27,954 nt of DNA from a virus (lineage: Duplodnaviria; Heunggongvirae; Uroviricota; Caudoviricetes): the IMG/VR virus record IMGVR_UViG_3300042975_000097; one strand, 5' to 3'. Below are positions 18,156-26,078 of this stretch, piece after piece. Each line of letters begins with the position of its first letter. Positions within the stretch are counted from its first letter, which is position 1. The notes below the pieces were generated by a model. The model saw only the letters and a program-made list of their open reading frames with translations, was not told the DNA's origin and searched no databases. The translations under genes and the position numbers were made by a program.

Positions 18156-18611
18156 TTTCACGAACTCCGGGGTGGTGAGCAGGTTGAGCATGCCGGCCTG
18201 CTCCATGTACTCGGCGAGCGTCACCTGATAACCGGCGGCATCGAACAGTTTCAGCGTGGCGGTCATATCGTGGTTCTCCGCCGTGATGGTGAGCTCCGCA
18301 TACCCGTTATCATTGTCCGAGTACGTGATCACGTCATTCATGGTCTCGTGGTGGTTGTCGTTTCCCGTTCCCGTGAGATTGCGAGTACCGTCAACCGATG
18401 CCGCCAGCATGGCGTCGATGAAGTCCTGCGGGGACGGGGCGTCATACGCCCACATCTGAGAACCAGCAGACCGTGCGAGGCCGAGCAGGTCGAGCAGCAT
18501 GTTCGGACCGTAGCCCCACTGGTAGTGGATGGAGAACGCCGCGACCTCGGTGGTCTTGCCGTTCTTGCCGATGCTGTTGAACCTGACGAGTGCCTGTGTG
18601 CGCTGACCCAT
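18156..18611 (-). pseudogene. 5' part (152 codons) of the interrupted phage-like gene (MGQRTQ..HYQWGYG..)
   Basis: GGGAG RBS; motif-C promoter at 18654-18683; now terminates at a TAG inside the IS right end. Confidence 0.75.
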
Positions 18612-19510
18612 GATGAACTCCCTGCTTGCTGTCGTTTGCTTCCGATACCCATCATCATACGCCGGCCACCGACGCGACGCGCCCGGGCACGGCAGTGATT
18701 TGCCGGAACATGAACACGGCGTGTCCCCATGACCTTGCAACGTGCGGTTCCGGTCGCGTGGAGTTTCGTTATCGACCGCCGACGACCGGCGGCAATGCCG
18801 GTGAAGCTTCCTACCGGTACGGGTTGGGAGTGGCCGCGCCATCGAGCCGGTCATGCTCACCGGCATCATGCCCCCGCGACCACGCATCCGCTTTCACGAT
18901 CGACAACGCTGGCGAGCCAAGCGTCGAACCCGCCGCCGATTCTTCGCTTGGCCGACTCCCAATCCCGCACGGTCACGTTCCCCTGCGGGAGGCAACCGTG
19001 AATCACTGCGGCCGGTTTTGTCAGATTAGTTCGGTAACCTGCATCTCCGATATTGTCGGAGCAGCGAGAAGTGCCGCTTCAAGATCAACCGCGACGTTGA
19101 GACCAGCCGAGAGATCGGTGCCCGCGACGCGAGGATCAGGATGCGAGAACTTGACCGTTAGTGAAACTCGGCGGGTGCGCGCCCGTCGTACCCGGTTCCC
19201 GGCGCAGTGGAACGCGTCGGTGCCGGGCCTCATGACGAGGTGACGCTGGTTCAGGTGAGAACTGCTGATTCTTCAGAGATTCCAACCTAATCAGCGAGCG
19301 TACACGTAATCATGCCTGACGTCCTTGGTGCTCGGCGTGCTCACCTGATTCACTGGTTCCCCTTCCCATATGCCATCACCGCTAACGCGACCGCGAACGG
19401 CGCGCGAGCGCAGTCCACCCCGCTCGCACGCCCACGTCCAAGCCTATCGGTGTATCACCGCTCACCGACTACGCCCTCACCGGTTCACGGCATCATCGTC
19501 GCCGGCGTGG

Positions 19511-19987
19511 TCATATGGTCCGCGCGCGGTCCCGGTCGGCGGCGATAAGCCGCTCCGTGATGTCGCGGGCATGCTCCAGCGCCACCTCGACGGTGTAGAC
19601 GTTCCCGGCGTCGGCGGCGGCCAGCGCGCGGATGAGCGTGGTGGCCAGCATGGCGCGGTCACCACGGATGGCGTCATCGGCGTCAATCGTCATCACCTGC
19701 TCACGTCGCGGTGATGGCGAAGCAACCGGGGCGACGTCGACCACAAGATTCGGCGATGGCGTATCGTAATCGCCGACGCCGGCGACGGCATCGTTGGCCT
19801 GACCGATGAGATCGCCGATGGAATCGCACTCGTACACCGGCTCGTCATCGATCTCGCCGACCGGCTTGAGGGAACCGACGTCGTAGAAGTCCGCCGACCA
19901 GTCCGGCGCGTACTGGCGCGTGGCGTCATCCCACTCGTGGAGGGTGATCGAAACCGTGGTCTTGCCATCGGTGAAATAGGTGCCCAT
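19511..19987 (-). CDS. Hypothetical protein (158 aa)
   Basis: AAGGAG RBS, TATCAT at 20033-20038; acidic globular-looking sequence. Confidence 0.7.
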   Translation of the reverse strand: MGTYFTDGKTTVSITLHEWDDATRQYAPDWSADFYDVGSLKPVGEIDDEPVYECDSIGDLIGQANDAVAGVGDYDTPSPNLVVDVAPVASPSPRREQVMTIDADDAIRGDRAMLATTLIRALAAADAGNVYTVEVALEHARDITERLIAADRDRARTI

Positions 19988-20164
19988 GATGAATCTCCTT
20001 GACAAGAACCGAACGACCTCTTGCTGATCACCATGATACGGGGTGATGGCGATCACGGCAACCGCGACACGCCGGCGGGATCGTCCATCCCACCGGTCGC
20101 CATCGAGCCGACGACACCGCCGGCGATCGGCGGCGAACGAGTTCACACCAGTGGCCGACGCCGG

Positions 20165-21121
20165 TCAGTCGAGCATCCCATCACCGCTGATGATGGCGTT
20201 CACATCATCAGCGGTGATGGCGGCGGACTGGTCCACCAGTCGTAACGCCTCGGCGAGCGGGCGCAGACGGGTCATGATGGCGGCGCGGACGATATCGCTG
20301 GCATCGCCGGCCAGCCGGCGCAACTGGCCGACGGTGAGGCCGTTGAGCCGACTGGCGGCCTCATAGCGAATGTCCTCGTTGGGGTTCGCGACCAGCGCCT
20401 CGCGCTCGGCCGGCGTGAGCAGATCTTGGTACGCCGGACGGCTGGGCGTGCCAAGCACCTGATTGACCGCGTACACATCATCGGGTACGTACAGGCGCTC
20501 GAACTGCGCCGGCGTGAGCGGCACGTTGGCGCGCACCAGCGCCAGCAGCAGTTCACGGCTATCAGCGGCGTTCCCGTCAATCCAGTGGTCGATGACGGTC
20601 GGCGTGATGACGTCAACAAGTATGTCATGACGCATGGTCACATGGCACAGCACCGCTTTGATGGTGTCCTCGTCGGTGAACCCGGTGAACAACGCCAACT
20701 GCTCAGGCGTTATGGATCTCATGTAGGTGAGAGCTATAACACGACCGCGCGCCGACGTATCGTTCTCATCGGCGTAGCGCATGCAGTCTTCCATAGTGAC
20801 GTTCATCGACATAAGCGCAAGCATCCGCACGGTTTCCGTATCGTCATGGAGCAGCGCCCGGCGCTCGCCCTCGGTGAACAGGTCCTCCCGGATGATGGCG
20901 TTCTTCACTTTTTCGTCGATCATGTCCAAGCGACCGTTCGCCAGATTATCGTGAACCTCGCTGATGAGTGATTCACCGGCGCCGGTCACCTTGCCGTCCT
21001 CGGTGACGTACCCGAGGGTGACGAGTCGAGCCGCGACTTTCTTGGGCGCGAACCGCAGTTCCGATTTGCCTGCGTGGATATTGGACAGGACGGCGAACTG
21101 TGCTTCGGTGATTTTCTTCAT
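20165..21121 (-). CDS. Hypothetical protein, possible N-terminal winged helix and C-terminal HEAT/LRV-like helical repeats (318 aa)
   Basis: AAGGAG RBS; LVTLGYVTEDGKVTGAG wHTH-like end; LVANPNEDIRYEAA and LAGDASDIVRAAI repeats. Confidence 0.7.
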   Translation of the reverse strand: MKKITEAQFAVLSNIHAGKSELRFAPKKVAARLVTLGYVTEDGKVTGAGESLISEVHDNLANGRLDMIDEKVKNAIIREDLFTEGERRALLHDDTETVRMLALMSMNVTMEDCMRYADENDTSARGRVIALTYMRSITPEQLALFTGFTDEDTIKAVLCHVTMRHDILVDVITPTVIDHWIDGNAADSRELLLALVRANVPLTPAQFERLYVPDDVYAVNQVLGTPSRPAYQDLLTPAEREALVANPNEDIRYEAASRLNGLTVGQLRRLAGDASDIVRAAIMTRLRPLAEALRLVDQSAAITADDVNAIISGDGMLD

Positions 21122-21164
21122 GGTGTACTCCTTGTCGTAACCCGCTGTTCCCTTGATGACTCCC

Positions 21165-21193
21165 ATGATACGCGACGTCAACGGCTATCGCAA
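21165..21193 (-). promoter_or_regulatory. Sigma70-type promoter TTGCGA-N17-TATCAT
   Basis: Minus strand, about 45 nt upstream of ATG 21121. Confidence 0.6.
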
Positions 21194-21773
21194 ACCACGT
21201 GTAATCCGGGCGTGTCGCGAGCATGATCGGACGTGACCGGGGCAGCCGACGAAGCCAGGACGATAACGCGGCGCGGGCGATGCCAGCGGTTAGATGCCAT
21301 GTATGCGCGAACGATCACGGAAGGTACAATAATGAGCGGTAAGACCTATTGCTGGCACTAATGAGTACATAGCCACGCGAGGACGATACAAGGGGCAGCC
21401 GGTGAAATGCCGCAGTAACCCGTGCTCGCTCCACTCGGATGCGGAGCGCATCAAGGCGGGTACATGCGATGACGCCATGACCATCGCCAAGGAGCGTGAG
21501 CGTGACGGCGCGATGCCCACGCCGACGGCCACGCTCACCCGTTCGCGATCGTCGGCGGCCGGGGAGCCGCCGGTGAGGTCCGCGCAGACCCCTGTCACCG
21601 CGCCGACGCCGGCGCCCACGGGGGTCGGCATGCTCGATCGGTATCAGCGCCCCACCGCCCGGGCGATGCTCGACGCCGCCGCCGCTCGCGGGCTTGACGT
21701 CACCATCGGCGGCGACGCGCCGTCATACTATGATGAGTACGATGAGCCGCTTGATCCGCCCGAGCATTCGTTC

Positions 21774-22186
21774 TTGACTTCTCCCCACGGCCAAAGCCGG
21801 GGGATTCCAAGCCCTAGTGAGACATGCGCCTCCGGCACGGCGTCCGGGTGGCGTCTTACGGTCTCGTGGGCTTCAGGGACAAGTCCTGCCCTGGTGAGCA
21901 TGTTCGCAGCCGCGTTCTTATCACGGTCCTTCACCATTCCGCAATGTCGGCAACGGTACACGCGCTCCTTCAACCCGATTGGGGGATTGGCTATCTCCCC
22001 GCATTCGGAGCAGGTCTGCGTGGTGTACGCCGGTTTGACCGGAATGAACTACCGTTCCTGTGGACGAACAGCTACTTCGTTGCGACCGTAGGCGGAGCGC
22101 CGCTTGCCATACGTGCAGAACCAACACAACGTATAGGGGGCGGCTTACCCCAGTCTTAAAAGGCGGGGCTTGCGCCGCCTTTGTCA
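21774..22186 (-). mobile_element. Internally deleted IS605-type element (~410 bp) with both ends
   Basis: Minus: tnpB 3' fragment (YTTQTCSECG..RCRHCG..DRDKNAAANM) ending GGAATCCCCCGGCTTTGGCCGTGGGGAGAAGTCAA (IS605 right end). Plus: Y1 tnpA 3' fragment (LWTNSYFVATVGGAPL, 22049-22136). End hairpin at 22140-22178. Left boundary uncertain by a few nt. Confidence 0.85.
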
Positions 22187-22187
22187 G

Positions 22188-22484
22188 TCAGTGGGGTCGC
22201 ACCCGGTACTCGGCGATCTCGGCCACGCCATCGGCGACCTCGGCCGGCGTCAGCGAACCGCCGGCGAGCCTGTCGGCGAGATGCTTCGCCTCGTCATCGG
22301 TGAGCGCCAGCGCCCGCCGGCCGGCGGCGTTCTGCGTGAGCGTGTCGTGATGCCTGATGGCCTCAGCGGCCGCCTCCCGCGCGTCATGTGCGACGCCATC
22401 GACGTCGGCGGCGTCGCTGGCCTCCCTTGTCGACTTGTCGGCCCACGCCTCGATCAACGCGCTCATTGTTGGTTTCCGTGCCAT
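22188..22484 (-). CDS. Hypothetical helical protein (98 aa)
   Basis: AAGGGAG RBS; TGGTATCAT extended -10 at about 22529-22537. Confidence 0.65.
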   Translation of the reverse strand: MARKPTMSALIEAWADKSTREASDAADVDGVAHDAREAAAEAIRHHDTLTQNAAGRRALALTDDEAKHLADRLAGGSLTPAEVADGVAEIAEYRVRPH

Positions 22485-22669
22485 TGTATGCTCCCTTCGA
22501 TTGGCATAATCACATATATGGTATCCCCATGATACCACACATGACGGCCATCGGCCTCGACGCCGTCCGCGCCATCTGATTACGGGAGCATAATGCGAGC
22601 GATTCAAGCCCGCGAAACGAACATCGATACTGTTCACTTCCGCGCCGTAGTCGAACGAGCAGCGCGCAC

Positions 22670-22942
22670 TTACGCCGGCGCCGGCGTAAGTGTGGCATCC
22701 GAATCCAAGTCGATGGCGTCAAGTGATGTGCGCAGCCGCTCGCGGCCGCGCTGAGAGCCACGTAGGCGCCGTTCGCGGCTTCGGATCGGTTCAAGGAGGC
22801 TGCTCACGATTCCTACCACGATAAGCGCGGCGCTCATTCCCATGGGCAACGCGAGGAGAATCATCGCCATGATGCCACCCACGCCGGTACTCCGTATGCT
22901 ATCCAGTGGAATCATGTATTTGTCAATGCCGCTCATGCTCAC
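22670..22942 (-). pseudogene. Truncated family-M paralogue (first TM only)
   Basis: MS.SGIDKYMIPLDSIRS.GVGGIMA.ILLAL matches the adjacent gene's N-terminus; similarity is lost near 22790, next to a 16-nt element-B end remnant (22750-22765). Confidence 0.7.
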
Positions 22943-22948
22943 GACGAT

Positions 22949-23473
22949 TCACTGTGCCCTCACGTCCGCGTGCGAGTCCGAGCCCGTTGTCTTCGACGTG
23001 GTTGGCGTGGCGCTCGCTGATCTCGGCTTCACCGGGGTGAGTTTGTCACCCTTTCCCGCGAACAGACCGACCTTCCCGTCCTTGATGAGCATCGTGCCGT
23101 TGACCAGTGCTCCATCGTGGAGATAACTCACGCGGTGCGTTTCTATGCCGTCCTGCTTATCGGTGTATTCCATTGACGTCACGGTGATGCCGTACTCGTT
23201 GTTGATCTTTGATGTATCGAAGTTCTTTTCAAGACCGGTATGGGCCATCAAGCAGTACGCGATGGCCGCCGTGATAATCGCCGCAGTCACTGCTGCTGTT
23301 GTGGCAGTGGCACCAGCGTGTGGGCGGACAGTGGTGGCAAATACGGCCACGCGCACGATAAGCGCGACAAACACCCCGATGGCCAGCGCGAGGACAATTA
23401 TCGCCATGATGCCACCCACGCTGACGCTCCGTATGCTATCCAGCGGGATCATATGCTTGTCAATGCCGTTCAT
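22949..23473 (-). CDS. Two-TM membrane protein, family M (174 aa)
   Basis: AAGGAG RBS; highly similar to 12163-12771 but lacks the Cys module. Confidence 0.8.
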   Translation of the reverse strand: MNGIDKHMIPLDSIRSVSVGGIMAIIVLALAIGVFVALIVRVAVFATTVRPHAGATATTAAVTAAIITAAIAYCLMAHTGLEKNFDTSKINNEYGITVTSMEYTDKQDGIETHRVSYLHDGALVNGTMLIKDGKVGLFAGKGDKLTPVKPRSASATPTTSKTTGSDSHADVRAQ

Positions 23474-23614
23474 GCTCGTTCTCCTTATCGTTGACGATCC
23501 GCGAACGTGACAGTGACCGCCCGAACGGCTGGCACGCTCCTTCTGCCAGTATACCGGAGCGCGGTGATGGCATGTCGACAACGGCGTCCGCGTGGGCGAG
23601 CGACCGCCGGCGAG

Positions 23615-23655
23615 TTATCCACATGGTTATCCACTTATCCACATGGTCATCCACA
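23615..23655 (+). promoter_or_regulatory. Cluster of four tandem DnaA-box-like 9-mers
   Basis: TTATCCACA 23615-23623, TTATCCACT 23627-23635, TTATCCACA 23635-23643, TCATCCACA 23647-23655. Confidence 0.65.
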
Positions 23656-23806
23656 TGATGCCGGCAACATGTGGACGGCCGGCATGTGTCCATGAGCATA
23701 CATGAACCGGCGAACGCATACGTGTGGTGACGGTGCCAGCGACACCGCTTGCCACTGGTCAACGGCCCGGCGCCGAGGAGACGCGCATGCCAAGGCCGGG
23801 TGGAAA

Positions 23807-24385
23807 CTAGCGCGCGGCCGTGTCCATCACGTAGCCGCCTGACGCCATGAGCGCGCCACAGGTCGGCGAACGATACCCATCGACGATGGCGGGACCGGCC
23901 AGCATGCCGCGCCGGAGCATGTCGACGGCGACTTCATCGTGCGGGCGGTTCATGTCGATCATCCCCGTGAGCGCAGACAACGCCAGTATGCCGCGAGTCA
24001 CCGTGTCCGTGGCGGCGATGCCGGCCCGGCATTCATCGGGAATCACGGTCATGGCCTCGCAGTCGAGACCGAGGAAGTCCAGTGGCCGGCTGAGGCCGTC
24101 GGCGATCCAGTCGGCGTAGCCGAGCTCAGTGTCCCCGTTCGCCACTTCGTAACGCCAATCGTCATGAGACGTCGAATCATGCTCGGCTTCCTCGGCGAGC
24201 GCGGCGATCTCATCATGACTGTACACGCGGTGTATGGTCATCGTCGTCGAGCGCGGGCCGTCGGCGTGGTCGAGCGGGGTAACCAGCGTGAGCGCGTCCC
24301 CCTGTTTCGAGAAGCCGAGGAACGCCGTGGCCACGCCCTCATCGTCATCGTCCGTTGCCGTTGTCATGCTGTCATCACTGGTCAT
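23807..24385 (-). CDS. Hypothetical protein (192 aa), probably leaderless
   Basis: TATCAT-GGTGCCC-ATG; contains DDWRYEVANGDTELGYADW, which I recall from phage/plasmid hypotheticals. Confidence 0.65.
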   Translation of the reverse strand: MTSDDSMTTATDDDDEGVATAFLGFSKQGDALTLVTPLDHADGPRSTTMTIHRVYSHDEIAALAEEAEHDSTSHDDWRYEVANGDTELGYADWIADGLSRPLDFLGLDCEAMTVIPDECRAGIAATDTVTRGILALSALTGMIDMNRPHDEVAVDMLRRGMLAGPAIVDGYRSPTCGALMASGGYVMDTAAR

Positions 24386-24467
24386 GGGCACCATGATACG
24401 CCATGATTCCGGCGTGGGCAAGCTGGGCGTGTGTCCGCGTGTCGTGGTTTCCTCGCGGGCTGTCGCC

Positions 24468-24502
24468 GCTGTACCTGATAGCTCCCTCCTTTAACGCGAT
24501 TT
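24468..24502 (+). repeat. Motif A copy 5
   Basis: gctgtacctgatagctccctcctttaacgcgattt. Confidence 0.9.
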
Positions 24503-24609
24503 GACGGGGTTGACACGTGGCTTTCCGTGGACGCGGAGCGAACCGGCCGCCGATACCGCTAGTTGCCATCGCCGTCGAGCATAGGCGGTCCCGCTTCGCC
24601 AGCGGTTTC

Positions 24610-24644
24610 GTTATACCTGATAGCTCCCTCCTTTAACACGATTC
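24610..24644 (+). repeat. Motif A copy 6
   Basis: gttatacctgatagctccctcctttaacacgattc; starts 142 bp after copy 5. Confidence 0.9.
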
Positions 24645-24758
24645 GAGGGGACTTCGCGACCGGTCACGCGCCACGATCCGGTCGTCTTGATTTCAACGTC
24701 GGCGCATGATCGTTCGCTTGAACGCCGTCAGCGCACGCCCGCGACACGCCGGCGATGG

Positions 24759-24787
24759 TTGCGATTCTCATCGCGAACCGTTATGAT
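24759..24787 (+). promoter_or_regulatory. Sigma70-type promoter TTGCGA-N17-TATGAT
   Basis: Upstream of CDS 24841; CGCGACACGCC lies 8 nt upstream of the -35. Confidence 0.6.
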
Positions 24788-24840
24788 GGAACCATCAAAC
24801 GGCGGCAGCCAAGCCGCGGAGTCCACTGGAAGGGGACATC

Positions 24841-25434
24841 ATGCCGAACCACGTAACCACAGTCATCAACGCCGACCCGATCGTCATCGATTCGCTTGCG
24901 GGCGAGAACGGCCCGGTGGATTTCAACGCCGTCATCCCCATGCCAAGCACCGTGTTCCGCGGCGATCTTGACGTGGACGCCGCTCGCGACTACCCCGGTG
25001 AGGCCAACTGGTATGGCTGGTCGCGTGCGCACTGGGGAACCAAATGGAACGCGTACCAAGCCAAGCGCCTGCGTGCCGACGCGGTGCGTTTCCTCTCGGC
25101 TTGGAGCTTCCCCGAGCCGGTGCTGGCGGCGCTGTCATCGAAATTCCCCGATAAGGAGATTCGCGTGGCATACGCCGACGAGGACTTCGGCTCGAATCTC
25201 GGAATGGTCACGTACCGCGGCGGAATCGGCACCCGCAACGAGATCATCGATAATGCGCCATGGGGCGCTCGCGCTACGTTCGCGACCATGCTGACCGATG
25301 GCCTCGGCGCGGAGTCGTATTATGATGGCGATTCACTGCAAGAAGTCATTGATGACACGGCATCGTTCACCCTCGAGCACCCTGATTTCGATTTCGATGA
25401 CATCGCCAGCATGGGCGAGGAGGAGATCAACTAA
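24841..25434 (+). CDS. DUF1281/YubB-like ferredoxin-fold protein (197 aa)
   Basis: MPNHVT start, VDFNAVIPMP, NWYGW..HWGTKWNA, F.SAWS.P, YADEDFGSNLG motifs; AAGGGG RBS. Confidence 0.75.
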   Translation: MPNHVTTVINADPIVIDSLAGENGPVDFNAVIPMPSTVFRGDLDVDAARDYPGEANWYGWSRAHWGTKWNAYQAKRLRADAVRFLSAWSFPEPVLAALSSKFPDKEIRVAYADEDFGSNLGMVTYRGGIGTRNEIIDNAPWGARATFATMLTDGLGAESYYDGDSLQEVIDDTASFTLEHPDFDFDDIASMGEEEIN

Positions 25435-25569
25435 GATTAGAGTCCGCTCTTCCCGATTGAGGCGTCTGCTCCGCCGGGCGCCTCACCGCGGTCGCTGACG
25501 CGAATGGCCGTAGCCGCGCGGGCGGTGCCATGGGTTTCGTGGACGTTCCCGGCGGCGTGGGCCACGTCG

Positions 25570-25820
25570 GCGCGAAGTTCTTCCGCAACATCGGCCTCGC
25601 CGACGAGCTCGGAAGCGGCATGCGCAACCTGTACAAGTACTCGAAGCCCTACTCCGGTATGGATCCCGTCTTGGACGACGGCGATGTGTTCGAGGCATTC
25701 GTGCCCGTGCGCTGGGCGGAAGGCAGCGTTGAAGGCGTTTTACCTGCTCACGGTGAGCAGGTAAATGAGCAGGTAAATGAGCAGGTAAATTCGACCGCAC
25801 GAGAGCAGTCCTGCCGGTGA
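25570..25820 (+). pseudogene. Fragment of an AlbA_2/Schlafen-associated HATPase_c_4 ('RecG C-terminal') gene
   Basis: KFFRNIGLADELGSGMRNLYKYSK.YSG..P....GDVF...VP followed by EQVN x3; no 5' part present. Confidence 0.6.
25755..25790 (+). repeat. 12-bp tandem repeat GAGCAGGTAAAT x3
   Basis: Three exact copies encoding EQVN. Confidence 0.9.
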
Positions 25821-25877
25821 TGCTGGAGGCGCTGTGCTGTGTTGGCGGGCCAACTGATTCATCGGCGGCTTCGCTTC

Positions 25878-25912
25878 GCTATACCTGATAGCTCCCTCCT
25901 TTAACGCGATTT
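25878..25912 (+). repeat. Motif A copy 7
   Basis: gctatacctgatagctccctcctttaacgcgattt. Confidence 0.9.
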
Positions 25913-26078
25913 GAGGTGGTCGAACCATCCGCGCCGCCGGCGGCGGTCACCACGCATCACGGTCCTGCCCCCGTGGCCGGCGATGATTGTCCGCGTTCGC
26001 CGGCGTCACGTTGATGCCCATGACGGCTGCTGCCCGCATGTCTCCTCCGCGAACGCGATTCGGTCGGCGGCCGCAGGC

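Larger units (their letters stand above)
16054..18156 (+). mobile_element. IS607-family element A, copy 2 (2103 bp)
   Basis: Same ends and gene offsets as copy 1; scattered substitutions in tnpA and tnpB. Confidence 0.92.

Noticed and set aside
16054-18156. IS607 in a coding gene as an IStron (group I intron-IS chimera)
   Set aside because: Only 43 bp separate the left end from the tnpA ORF, leaving no room for a group I ribozyme; the element is also antisense to the host gene.
19010-19370. Possible decayed small gene(s) on the minus strand (VNQVSTPSTKDVRHDYVYAR* and ORF 19021-19233)
   Set aside because: Multiple stops and no recognisable family; cannot support a call.
21402-22091. 229-aa plus-strand ORF and overlapping ORF 21824-22159
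   Set aside because: They read through the antisense strand of the mini IS605; only the short tnpA stub is meaningful.
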